The translations under genes were made by a program, and so were the position numbers. The notes beneath the pieces are model-generated. The model did not search any database. It was not told the DNA's origin and saw nothing but the letters and a program-made list of their open reading frames with translations. A stretch of DNA of 64,000 bases from Chrysomallon squamiferum. Taxonomy: Eukaryota; Animalia; Mollusca. The stretch spans positions 9,486,001 through 9,550,000 of the forward strand of contig CM022673.1 of NCBI GenBank assembly GCA_012295275.1, in the 5' to 3' direction. The stretch's first letter is position 1. Every line of letters begins with the position of its first letter. Shown here in pieces: positions 12,836 through 59,040 of the stretch.

Positions 12836-13679
12836 TGCAATATGTCTTTTCACATGAGACAAAAATCATTTCAATGATTCAAATTATCACAGAAGTTCAA
12901 CGCTAAAAATCAAAAAGAAAAATTATCATAAATATTTTTAAGCTGGTGAAAATTACAAGTCACTTGATTGGTTGAAATTAACATTTGCAGTTGTAACTTT
13001 AACTGTGATTTGTTGTAACAGACAAATGGGAGGAGTTTGGTAGTCCAATGACATTTCAGCAGACTCTGAGTGACAGAGATGATGGAAGCCCTGATTGGAC
13101 GACCAACAGAAAACTTGCTTTGAAATGTATAAAGTTTTTCAATTTTTAATAAATCAAAAAAATTTAAGAAAAAAGAAATAAATCAAAAATTAAAAATACT
13201 AACTAGAGAACAGAATTTAGATAATTTTTCACATAAAGTAAATATAAATAATAATAAAAGGGGTTAAAAAAAAAATTAACTGCTTTCAATTGCACATCAT
13301 TAAAAAATGTATTTATTAAATTATTAATTTATTTTTATTTTTTAAATTTTTATTTTAAAAAAAAAAAAAAAAAAAATTTTACAAGATCCACATGTACTGG
13401 ACATATTTAATTACATTTGTTTATTCATTCATTCAATTTAATTCAATAGTGTTATTCTTTAATAGATTGTAATAATTTTATTAACATTTCAGCATGAAGC
13501 ATTATCATCTCTTTTGTTGATCACAAATATGTAATCTTTAAATCAAAACCTTCTTGTCTATTAGTAATATTAACAATAACACACTGCCTTATAACATTCT
13601 GTTTGAGATCAAAGAGAATAAAAATCTCAGTGGAACTAAAATAATGAAAACAAAACCACAAAACAAATCATGAAAAAGA

Positions 13680-13770
13680 TCCTGCTGCATATATCTTGGA
13701 TATTCCTGCAAGATATATCTGGGATATTCTTGCAAGATATGTTTGGGATATGCTTGCAGGATATTTGTTG
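13680..13770. repeat. ~24-bp minisatellite (GATATATCTGGGATATTCTTGCAA), about 4 copies
   Basis: Direct reading. Confidence 0.8.
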
Positions 13771-14747
13771 GAGTTATGTCATATTTTGTAATGTGTTTTA
13801 AGTTATGCTACTCTATATAACCTATCTTGATTATTTTACTTTTGTCTCATTCAACCTTGTCAGGAAATTCTCAGAAATACAACACTTTATAATGAAAAAA
13901 TAAAGAAAATGACAATAGATCAATATAATGAAATAATCTTAAATGTAATTTCAGCACAAAAAAAAAAAAAAATAAACGGTAACTCAAAATCTCCTAATTT
14001 CAATTAATGAAAAATGGAAATAATAAAGCATTTAATACCATTAGCACTAACATTACCATCCTAACTCAAATTTTTAAGTCAAATAATCTAAGAATTAAAT
14101 TAGTAAAAAGCAACATTCCAAGTAGCAAATTCCCAGATTTATTAATAATTTTTTTGTTGTTGTTGTTATTGTTGCTTTTTTCCCTGTAGATCTAGCCCAA
14201 TTTGACGTGATACTCTATCTATGAATTTTCTAATTATTATTTTTGTTTTAAAAGTAAAAGCTGTTTGCTAATGTAAGAAAGATAATGTGCCAGGCATTTA
14301 TTCGACCAATATGGCTATTATCTTAAAAACTATGTGAATGCAATTTCAAAACTAAACAACCCCTAAAAAGCCAAAGACTAATTAGAACTGGTCAATCATT
14401 TTAAAATGTTTGTTTTCTCCGTAAATAATTTTACAACTGGAGAAAGAGAACAGAAAAGTATATTGCATATTTAACGTTTAAAATTTTTAATTCTCTTATT
14501 TATTAATTTATTCATTAGTTTAGTTATTTACTTTGCATAATGCAGATACCCTGAGGTCATTCTCTAAGGTAATGTGTAATGCAAAATTTTGCAACCAGAA
14601 AATTTACATTAATAAAAAGTTAGCTTAAATTCAGAAATATTAACAAGTACATAAAGACGTAATTAAAAAAAAATAAAAAAAAAAAATAAATAAATAAAAT
14701 ATACCAGTTAACATTCTTTACAAAATTAGTAATTCAAATTTGTTATG

Positions 14748-15000
14748 AAATATTTCGCTTTGGTTTCTGTTTAAATAAAAGTTGTAATTTATTTTATATA
14801 ATATAATTTTTTCTTTAATTATTATTTTTTTTTAACTGTTATGAAAACAGTTTTTATCAAACTCCAGTATCAGTATTTACAAAAATATTTCACTTTGGTT
14901 TCTGTTGAAATAACTTCTCAGCTGTGATTCATTTTAAACAATATAATAATAATATATATTTTTTTTAAACTGTTATGAAGACTGGTTTATCAAACTTCAA
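14748..15000. repeat. ~135-bp diverged tandem duplication
   Basis: ctttggtttctgtt..aactgttatgaa..tttatcaaact occurs twice. Confidence 0.8.
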
Positions 15001-16555
15001 CAGTTTTATGTGAAGACTCGGAATACTTAAAATTCCAGAAACAGATCTATTTTGGTTTAAACATACAAAATGGGCTATTACTTCCACAAAAAGACCATTG
15101 TCTTGTGAAAAACATTATCATGAACTGACATTAATTTTGTCATTCATATCAAAGAAAAAATTAAAATAACTGACTACATACTTATCACATAATGAAAGAA
15201 AATGAATGCACAAAAGAGTAAAACTGATGTTTCTATTCTTGCAGATTTCCACAGTCTCTGTGTTAATTGCTTGGCCAATAATTGAAATTTTTGTTTTTAT
15301 CTGAAATAAGAATCTTGTGTTAACTCAATGAATCGCCCATTTTCTTAAATAACTAACCATTTCTAAGAAATAACAGTCCATACTGTACTACTGGCTCAAA
15401 ATAGATCCATTCTAGTAATTCTTTACACCTAAGATTTATTTTAATATTAAACACAACACAGGCAGCAATGAGAAGCTTTGTTGAATAACTATACATTTTT
15501 TAAATTATTTATTCACTTACAAGAAAATCAAAGGTCTATGAAATAAAGATATATGACCACAAGCTAGAAACTAATGTTTGTAAAAAAAAAAAAAAATGTG
15601 TTCTTTTTAAATTTGCTTTCAGCTTACATGCTAACATATGCTGTAAAGATTCCTTAAAATATATCTGTGGTGGTACAGACAGCACTATCATTAGTGGACT
15701 ATTAAAATAGTGACCTTACACTCAATCTGTCAGGACTTTTTTAATTGTTTATTTTTCTATGGACAACCTGATGTCACAAAACAAAACACAATGGCTCAGA
15801 CTTATTATTATTATTATTATATTTTGTTATTTATTATTTTTTTTTTTTTACTGCTTACTTTATTATTATCAAAGACTAATGCCTAAAGATAATAAATAAT
15901 AATTGAGAATGTAATGATTTTTATTATTTTGACTACAGTTGTCTTTGTATTTGCAGTGTCATGCTTTATTATTGTGAAAGATTCATGCCCAGCGACAAAT
16001 GCAATAATAAATGTTAAATATATAACAATGCATTGATGTGACCGTTAAAATTACTCAGTCTTGTCAATTTTAACATCAAACTTTATTATTAACAAATACA
16101 AATACTGGACTCCAGCTTATTCATAAAAATAATTGAAAATATATAAAATGTAATCAACTATTAATATGACTCAGTCTTGTTATTTTATTATTAACAAAGA
16201 TTAGTGCCTAGTTCCAACATTATTGTTTAATATAAAATTTATTTAGGCTATACCACCACAGGTGTATTTATAAAGAATCTAACAACAGAGAAGTCTTAAC
16301 TAGCATCTAGACCTATCTAAAAACCAGTACATAGTTTAAACCTTGAATATTAACATATTTATATAATGTATTTTTGTCAAACAGAAAAAGCTAAGCTTTG
16401 GAAATTCACAGTGGATTTTAAACACTAATATACAATATCTATATACATATACATACAAGGAAAATGTTGGAATGTTAAATATTTTGTTTTATTATTATTT
16501 ATTTATGTATCATGGGGAGAAATCATTTGTAATAAAATGTGCAGCTTGCTAGTCA

Positions 16556-16587
<32 letters not shown>

Positions 16588-17260
16588 GATAATAATGATA
16601 ATAATAATTTGTTATTAAGGTAGTTTATCAGCAATATATAATAAAATTAAGCTGTTTAAGCAAAATAAAATAATTTTTGAAAATGTATTTTATCTTTATT
16701 TGATACTGATCCTTGGTATGTAAGGGAGGGTATGTGGTATCTTTACATTATTAACATTTTTGCAGTGATTCTTTCAATGCCTCCCAAATATTACTCTATC
16801 TGCTTTAATATATATATATATATATTCAATGTTCTGTCCTGAACACAATATTTTTGTGTAATTAACATACAGAATGGGTTATCTCCCTTGGATAGCAGTA
16901 CATTTTACCTAAGGAAAAAGATTGAAATGCCAAATAATATAAAAATAAATTTAATTTCATAATAAATTTAAATCCAGTCTTCCCAAATGTAATAATAAAT
17001 AAATAAACAAACAAATAAATAAATGTATAGAAATAAGAGAAAAAAAACACAACCCCACTGAAAACCCACACAAAAATGTCAGATGTCTAAAAAGGTTAAT
17101 GCAGTTCTGAAAACGTATACCTTTGTACTGTTTTGTTTTAAAAGTTTAGAAAAAAGAAATGAAAACAAAAAATAAAATAAATTAAAATAAATATTTAATT
17201 TATTTTGAAAACAAAAGTAACATTAAAGAAAGAAAAAAAAGAAACAGCAAAATTTAAACA

Positions 17261-17298
17261 GTAATAATAATAATCATAATAATAATAATCATAATGAC

Positions 17299-17348
<50 letters not shown>

Positions 17349-17362
17349 TAACAATAATAATG
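17261..17362. repeat. (AAT)n microsatellite
   Basis: Direct reading. Confidence 0.9.
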
Positions 17363-18450
17363 AAAATAAAACATTCAAAGAAAAAAATATATTTACAAAA
17401 CCACCAATATTTAATACAAGAAGTAATCAATAGTGTTAATGCATAATATTCAGATGTTACATATCTTGTGTATCAAACAGAGAAAAAAAGATGAAAGACA
17501 CTTAACACATGGATGGTGTTGTAATAAATAAGATGAAAACTCTGTGATATTAAATAAACAAAACAACAACACACTGAACATAAACTTGTATCAAAGTCAA
17601 TACAGACATGTCAAATACGATGGAATACATTTCTTAAAACAAAGAAAAGTATTTTACAAGTTTCATTAAAACTAAGTGCAAAGTGTGAAGAAAAAAAAAA
17701 ATTTTTCTTGAATACTGTGAAAAAAAAATTAATCAAAAAAAAATGTTTCTTCTCTTTGGATGACCACTTGACCAGTTTACAGCAAATTATTTAATCTACT
17801 TTGTTAGTAAAATATATATACCAATGGGATAAATACTGACAAACAACTTTGAATTTAATTTGAAAAATATTTTGTAAGTATGTATGTACATGGAGATTAT
17901 ATATATTTTTATATTTAAGTTTTTAGTTTTTTGAAAGAAATGGCAGTTGTTATGGAAATAACAAATCTGTCCATAACTGACAATTAGTCTGGCTTAGCTT
18001 TAGGCTTTTCTATTTATTTATTTATTTATTTATTTTTTAAATTTAATGATTCAGTAGCCTAACAGCAACATGGAAATGAGAGTGGTGCCAAAAATAACTG
18101 AAATCGTGTGTGTGTGTGTTTCATAAATGTGCATTGTAAGAAAGGATTTGTGACAAAAGTGGATGTGCTTTCATTTTATTGATTCTATTTATGCAATTTT
18201 CATCTTAAATTGATTTTAGTGTGTACGATAAAAGAACTATTATAAATTTGCCACATAAATCATTTACAAATGCATCATCACAAGATTAGAAAATTTCAAA
18301 AAATCTAAGATGTGTAATACATGCAGAGAAGTCGCGTGGTTTTTTTCACATTCCAAACCATTCTCCAGCATTTCTTATAACTAATATATTTTTTAAGTTT
18401 TTTTTTTCAACAACTGAATTATTAGTTTTTAAATATCAAAATTACCAAAC

Positions 18451-18487
<37 letters not shown>

Positions 18488-19703
18488 CTTTTAGAGCATT
18501 CCCAAATGAAAAATCACCAAACAAAAACAACAAAAATAGTAAAATTGTGGAAAATACCGTCCGACGAACTTTACTGCATGTAGGAGGTAGATCTGTAGAG
18601 AAATTTAAATTAAAAATAACTTAATAGTAATATCTTTCTGTATTTTTGTTTTTTAAATCTCTGCTTATGGTTCATACTAATCTTTTATTACTACACTGAT
18701 CACATATTGGATGATGATTTTATTTATCTTTGGCAAGTCAAATCATGTTTTTTTTTTTTTTTCATCTGTTACTGCTTTGATCCTAAATATAACAAAAGAA
18801 TGATTTACAATTAATGTGTGTGTGCCTATGTGCTTTGTGTATTTGTGTGTGTGTGTGTGTGTGTCACTGTGTCTATGACGATGTTATTAAAATTTATTTA
18901 TTTATAAACATTTTCAGCAAACATTTTTGAACAGAAATAATTATTTAAAATGAATTAAAACTAGTCACACTGACCCCAGACACACCAGTTACTGACTTTG
19001 TTACAAGTTATGCCTGTGGCTGGCACTATTAGTTTCATACTTACATAAAATCCACGGTATATATATTCAAATTAATTACCAACAAAATTAACAATGAAAA
19101 CAAAATTTATCCATGGGAGTTTGACAACAAAAAAGTATCGTCTTTGAAAACGTTTCCGAGTTTCTTTTTTTTTTTAATTTTTTTTTTTTCCTCCCCATCA
19201 ACACTATCATGGAATATTCCTGGTTTTCAAGTCATGAATAAAACAAGACTTTGTTACAGTCTGTCTCATGAATAAAATTAAATTCCTGAATATTTCCAAC
19301 TTTATACAAGTCCTCAAAAGGCATAGCATCCTGAATACTGCACAGCTTTTCACCTGACAATATACAAGTCATTGATGTTTTCTCTTTTAAATGATTCTGA
19401 ATACTGCCTAGATCTCCAGCTCATAATGTACTTTATATATATATATATATATATTTTGTATATTAGATGGTAAACAATCCTGAATATTGGCAAGCTCTTC
19501 AGCTGGCAATATGCAAGTCTTAAGCAGTAAGTACTACTGATGATAAATAGTTCTTCAGTAAAAGAAAGAAAAAAAAAAAAAAAGCTCTTAATAATAACGG
19601 ATTTAAGAATGTTAATAAGTGTCAGTGGCAATATTCAATTTATTACGTTAATACAAAGTCTGGATAGTTATCTAAGTTTGTGCATGTCTGTAAATTTCTT
19701 GGT

Positions 19704-19741
<38 letters not shown>

Positions 19742-19759
19742 TGAAGTCTTTGACATTGC

Positions 19760-52285
<32,526 letters not shown>

Positions 52286-52405
52286 CTTGGAGCGACGACT
52301 CTGTGGAAATAAAAACAAAATAAAAAAATTAATCTTTTTATTAAAAGAAACAGATAAATAAACAAAACAAGCTAACGAAATCCTAAAACATTTATTTATA
52401 CTTAC

Positions 52406-52498
52406 TTTTTCTCTTCCATGTACAGAAGGGAACATTTTATTTTCATACTGTTTTAATCCACAACACTTCAGCTTGACTAGTATATTATATTTAAACAT
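52406..52498 (-). CDS. Candidate alternative 5' coding exon of STK38 (MFKYNILVKLKCCGLKQYENKMFPSVHGREK)
   Basis: ATG, 31 codons, AAA|gtaagt; a 105-nt intron leads to the acceptor at 52301, in frame. Confidence 0.4.
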
Positions 52499-53102
52499 AG
52501 TGAGTTGTGATTTTCTGTTTTGTGAGATGAATGATTAATAAAGGGGTTGTTTCTGAACTTGAAAACAACATCCTTGGCCTATAATAACAATGTATGTTTG
52601 AATCTTGACAATAAATTAGTATTATACAAGCTGTCAATGGCCAAGGGCCATCTTCAAAATATAATACTGTTACAGATATGGGGAGCAAAGTTACGTGATA
52701 TAGTTTAGAATTTCACACTGATCTTTAATTTGCAAACATTTTTTTTTCCTGCGTAATGAACAAAATGTTTATGATCAGAGCATGTCATAAACAGATGAAA
52801 AAATACAGTTATAAATATGATATTTCTGCATTGACACAAACCTATTATGTGACTAGGCTATCTGTAGACAGAAGAGCATGTAAACAGTTAAATCAGGTAT
52901 ACTATAAATAAACAGATTTAGGACGAAAAAACAAGTTATAATACCTCAAGTAGTAAAATGAAAATAACACCTTCACTGTCATATATAAACAAACAAACAG
53001 TCAACCAATCAAGTACATCTAAAATCTTCATTATCATAAATAAATAAACTAGCAATGAACCAATCACACATACATATGTACTCATTCACATATACACATG
53101 TA

Positions 53103-53162
<60 letters not shown>

Positions 53163-53779
53163 AAAAAAATCTATTCAAAATTAATTTTCCACCAGACATA
53201 AAAAGCACACCACAGCAACCACTTCAACATTAATTAAATGACCAAAATGAAACAGGAAAAGATCTACTCACATTATTATTTAGTTAAAACTTCATGTAAA
53301 TGTATAGATCCCATAAGAAAATTAAAATTCCTAAGTTTAAGACTTCACTGTGGTATTAATGATCAATAACTGAATAAGGCTGCATTTTACTGGCTGTTGT
53401 CATAGCTGGCACTATTTAAATACTGTCTATATATAGCAACAGATCACATTTTGATACATACATAACTCTGAGTCCACCTAACATGAATGTAGGACATGTG
53501 TATCTTTACCTGATCAATGTATTCATACAGTGGATTGTAACAACATTGAATGTAAAACTAACAGCAAATGAATTTAATAAATTACATACAAATGAACGAA
53601 TGAATGTTCAACAACACCTATCTTGTTTTTTCCCCATTAATCTTTTGAACCCTACAATGGTCAAACAAATTTCAATATCCCAGTTTTATTCAAGATTACA
53701 ACAAAAACAAAAAGAAGAAATATATTTATCTAATTAGGTTCATTAACAAGACACATAAAACCATTATTTATAATATATA

Positions 53780-54650
53780 GATGTGTACTGATTAAAATAT
53801 AAAAACATACAACTTTCCTGACCAGAAATAAAATTATGAATGTACTGAACAACTAAGACATTTTAATGTAATGTTTTTACAAAATACCATGACAGATGCA
53901 AAAGAAAAACAACAGAATTTATAAGACTGAAAAAAAAAACCTGCTGGCCAACAATGGTATTTAATTTTATACTTTTACTAAATTATGTTTGCAAACTAGC
54001 AAAACAAACCCTTTATTTTTACCTTACTTGCATTAACCAAATTTTAAATGCCATCAGTTCTTCTAACAGAAAAATCTAAATCCTCAAAGCTATAATATAC
54101 TATGTAATTTTATCAAGTCTTAAAACAACTGAATGATACAAAAAAGAAATAAATCCATTATTTATATGTACTAATTAAAAATATACTGCCTTATTTACCA
54201 GAAATGAAAATGTGTTGTGACAATAAAGACATTTTACTGCTGTTTCTAACTAAATTCTTCTTACAAACCTCAAAAAAACAAAAAATGTATAGCTGATAAT
54301 TATGTCATTTCACTTTTAACACAACTGAATATTAACCACAAAGGAAAGAAATCCTTTTTCTTTTATGTACTGTTTACCTGTACTGAATTAAAAATGCATA
54401 CAACAAAAAATATTTTACTGCTGTTTCTAACTATATTCGTCTAACAAAATAATGTTCCAAAAGCCAAAAAAATAACAGCTACAAGTAAACAACAATGTCA
54501 TTTTATTAACTTTTAAAACAACATAAAGTAAATAAATCCATTATTTATACTTTTATTTATTATTTATTCCGTACTGAATTAAAAATACATACAACTGTAC
54601 TTACCAGAAAGCAAAAGACAAAATGACAACAAAGATGCTTCACTGTTTCT
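53780..54650. repeat. Old diverged tandem duplications (gtactgaattaaaaat..atacaac, attttactgctgtttctaact, aaataaatccattatttata)
   Basis: Each motif recurs 2-3 times. Confidence 0.7.
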
Positions 54651-54703
54651 GCCTAAATATGTTGACAAATTGGTGAAGTAAAACCAACCATTTTATGTCT
54701 TAC

Positions 54704-54754
54704 CTCACCAAGATCAGAAATCACGCGACAGGGGGAGAACAAACAAATAAACAT
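54704..54754 (-). CDS. Candidate alternative 5' exon of STK38 (MFICLFSPCRVISDLGE)
   Basis: ATG, 17 codons, strong donor GAG|gtaaga, in frame with exon 1; lies in a GC-richer, non-repetitive island. Confidence 0.4.
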
Positions 54755-54919
54755 AAACTGTGTCCCTACACATAAATTTCACAGGCTGGTGCACCTTTTA
54801 TTTACCTCCTTGTAATGGTGTTACTTCTTTCAGGCAATGTAAAGGGTTCAAGTCATGTGGCTGGCTTGCTGTGACAAGGGATGTTCCAAAATTCTCCAAA
54901 AGGGTCGAGGGCCAGAAAA

Positions 54920-55568
54920 AAGGGTTGGGGGTAGAGATATAAATTCAGTAATTCACTGAACAATAAAGAATTGAATCTTCTCACCTTAAGAACACGAGTT
55001 TATATATCAATTCAGCACTGACTAGACTTAATCCCCAAACTGCATCTTCTTTTCACTTGGGTGGGGACGGGATATTAATTCAAAGTTTAGTCTATCAAAC
55101 GGTAATTGCATCCACTTTTCATATGGGTATGCACAGCATATTAATTCTATATGTATTTTATCAACAGGGAATAGGACTTGGTTTCATAAGCTGATTGATG
55201 GGATATGCATTCATCATGCAAGAATTACATCAACTTTTTTTCTCTCCAAAAGATGAGGTAGGTTCATTAATTCAGTACTCAACTTGTAAATCAAGAACCA
55301 AATTTTCTTTTCACCAAAGCTGGTAGATAGAGAGACATTAATACAATCCTCGGATGATTAATTAGGAACTTTATCTTGATGGGTAGTAATGGAGAGTAAT
55401 TCAATATTCACTTGAACAATAAGAAGTAGATATAATTTTCAGTGGAGTTCAGACATGCTGATATTAATTCAGAATTGAATGAAGGTAGTAATATAGTACT
55501 CAGATAAACAGAACATGACATTCTTCCCAAGCAAAGTGTAACAACATTAATTAAATCTATTAAAATAA

Positions 55569-55604
<36 letters not shown>

Positions 55605-55730
55605 ATTAAAAAAATAACATAATTCTATTCTTCACGGTGGTGGGATTTATAACTTAATTATCAATCCTAAATGGATTTTGGGATGGGGTTTGGACGTTAA
55701 TTCAGTAATAAGTTGATCAATTAAGAATTA
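54920..55730. repeat. Ancient ~60-70-bp minisatellite (GGT(A/G)G..ATTAATTCAG..), about 12 decayed units
   Basis: Periodic attaattca cores preceded by G-rich motifs. Confidence 0.6.
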
Positions 55731-56417
55731 ATGACACAACTAGCAAGCCTGTAACACAAGCAGTGAGTGATAAAAATAAATCTTTATGCACTGACTTGTT
55801 AAATAGCCTTGTTCTGTCATGTGCAGATTGTGTATGGCTATGTTAAAAAAGAACTCAATGTTATCAGACAGCACAGAGAACATTCTGAAAGGATGACGTA
55901 AACTCATTCATAAAAAAAAAAAAAAAAAAAAAAAAGATCTGAGTCACCATGAAGTGATTATTGATCTTAAAAATAGATATAAAGTTTTATGAGTATCACC
56001 GAGAACTGCATGATTATTTTTAATTCATGACGACCTCACAAACACCCAGTAAAATTTTAATTGTTTATGAAGTGATGTAAAAGTGAAATAAATTTTGAAA
56101 AAAATCAAAATAAAATAGTAATAAGTTTTTAAAAAAAATATGCAAGTTATAATTTAGTTCACAATACCTAGGAAAATTTAATGTTGGAAAATGGTTTTAC
56201 ATTAGACACACGTGTATAAAAATCATATAATCATTTAAACTACAGTTATAACAAACACATCACATGAGATCTTGGATTTCATGGTTTTAATATTACTGGC
56301 CTTACAGATTATTCTGATACTTGCATGTACAGGCACTGTAAATTTCTTAACAGAATTTGTTATGATTATTATTTATTTATTTTATTTTTATTTATTAATA
56401 CATATATATTTTTTTTA

Positions 56418-56451
<34 letters not shown>

Positions 56452-57426
56452 TATTTATTTATTTTATTTTTATTTATTTATACATTCTTAAAAATTAAAC
56501 TATTATTATTACTATTATTGGTTAATGCTGTCACTTTAATTATTTTCAGATATTACTTTTTTTTCTTCAGTTAAATGGAGAATTAGATTTAATAATACAT
56601 TCACATTTAATGATCAATACACAAAGAATGCTTTTTAAAAAAAAATGAAAAACCAACAACCAGCCATTCAACTATAAAAGTGAATGAATTCATAATTATT
56701 AAATGGCTTTTGAGAAACAAATTCCTGATGCATATCTTCACAAATAATTACTTTCTTTTATGCTGTGAATTAACAACAGATCTTAAAGTAGAAAAAAAAA
56801 GGTAAAAAAAAAACCAAACAATTAAAACGTAACAAATTTTATACAATATTCTATAAAATAACAGTCTCCTTACTATTCATATGCATCTCTACATTCATAA
56901 AACATAACAAAAAAAAAAAAAAAAATTAAAAAATTAAAGAATTAAAAATAATAAAAAAATAAATAAAAAAGATTGAATTCCAAGCATTTTTACATAAACA
57001 CCTAGTCTCTATTAGTCTATACAATTTTTTTTTGTTTTTTTGTTTAACAGATAATTATAAGACTGTATTCATATAACAAGACACAGAAAGGGTGTAAGCA
57101 ACAACATGCCAAAATAATGGTGTAGGATTATACAAGAATATAATACATGTCTTAACATACAGACCTAGCCACCAGTACAGACAATGATGAATACAGAAAA
57201 CAGCGTACGAAGATCAGCAGTGACAAAGAGGAACTGTAATGTAGTTATCACTTGTCTCAGTGATAAAGTACCAAGACACCTTGTTACCTTTGTACCTCTA
57301 CACTTTTTATTTCACCTTTCCCAAGAGGGGTCATTAACATTCAGGTTAGAATGGGACAGAGCTAGTGTTAGAGCTATTTTCTAAATTTTTAAAATTTCAA
57401 TAAAGAAAGATACCAACCCTCACTTT

Positions 57427-57485
<59 letters not shown>

Positions 57486-58803
57486 TTATATATTCTAAAG
57501 AAAAAAGATACACATTAAAAACAAAGGAAAATAGAACATGCATACACACACACATATTTTGATCATAAACCTTATTGATTTAGGTTTGTTTTTAAGTATC
57601 TATATATTTTCATGAATAAATAACTCTTAAAATGTATTTAGTTCTGCTATTTCATTTTCTTGTGCTTGCAGTTGCAAAAGTTTATAAATAAGATTTGTTA
57701 AATCTTTATTTTGTGACTCGTAATAATTAATATACAAATAATACAAAAGACAGTTCTATAAATAGCATAATACGTGACATATTTATTATAGATAAGTATA
57801 ATTCAATGTGGAGTAATATAAATACCACAGCAAGAGAAAAAACTTCACAAATAGGATGTAATTATAAATGTTAACGTGATATTCAGGATATTGTTGAATC
57901 TGAGTCAATAAAAAAAAAAAAAAATAAAAAAACTTTGAAAGAACTATTTATACTAAAACACAAGTGTACAGACAAACACAGCTAATATAAAATCAAAATA
58001 TTTGATTTTTTTAATTAAAGATATATTTGAAGGAAATATTAAAATAATTATTTAGTTATAAAAATATTTATGGATCTTTATTTTATTTATAATAAAATTT
58101 ACATTTTATCTATAAATTGCCATTCCATTTATGTTAAATGTCATGATAGTATCTTTAATTTGTATTTTCAATTTGTATTTGTCAGTACAGAGTATAACTT
58201 TCTTCATGTCACTAAATCAAGAGAAGATAAAAAAATAAAAAAAAAAAATTTAAAAAAATTATAAAAGTGAAAATGTTAAAATATTTAACATTCTAGTCAC
58301 AAATCTTACTTACTAATCTATTTTCCTTGGTTACAAAGGAAAGACAAAACCATAACAAATTACAACAATAAACATATTAAAATGATTCATTTGCCAGAAT
58401 AACAAAATAATAAAAAAGCAACAACAACATATGATTAACTCACCAGATAAAAAACATAAAAATTAACATTAACAAAATATTTAATATGCATAATTTTTTG
58501 GACAAGTATATTGTCAAACCAAACAGTAACATTAACAAAGATAAAAATAGTAATATGAAAAATTTGTGAAACCAAACCGTAACAAATTAACTATCAGTAC
58601 AACCGTAAATACACCTAATTTACAAACAATACAATAACTCGTTTATCCAGGAAACAATAATAAAAATTGATATTAGTATTAAAGATACAAATAAAAATAA
58701 CCCATTTCACCAACACATACTGTAACAAAACTACTAGCAATAAGAAAACTACAATGACAAATTCACCCTAAAAAACACAGACAAAAGAAAAGGAACATCA
58801 TAC

Positions 58804-59040
58804 CTTTTATATTACAAATGAAAACGTGACCTGCTTGCAACAATTCACACACGCATGTATTATGGGAGTATGACCACAATTACTTCTGATTGTGAGTATG
58901 GCGGATATGTAATCAGTAAAATATATTTACTAGACAAACAACCTGTCACCCCAAATGGCGTCTTAAATATATTTACAGTAGCCTGAGACACAACACGAAT
59001 AACTCTACGACTAATATTTTCACGAGGTACACAAAAACCT
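58804..59040 (-). other. Candidate non-coding 5' exon / promoter island of STK38
   Basis: AAG|gtatga donor at 58803; several CpGs in otherwise CpG-poor DNA; in-frame TAA one codon before the donor; upper boundary uncertain. Confidence 0.3.

Noticed and set aside
13037-13106. SECIS-like ATGA..TGA core within the stem-loop
   Set aside because: No proper helix II or apical AA motif, and neither gene has a conserved in-frame TGA
57184-57384. 66-aa plus-strand ORF with a box-C-like ATGATGA and a small TTATCACT/AGTGATAA hairpin
   Set aside because: No homology recognised, no properly placed box D or terminal stem, and it is antisense to the host gene
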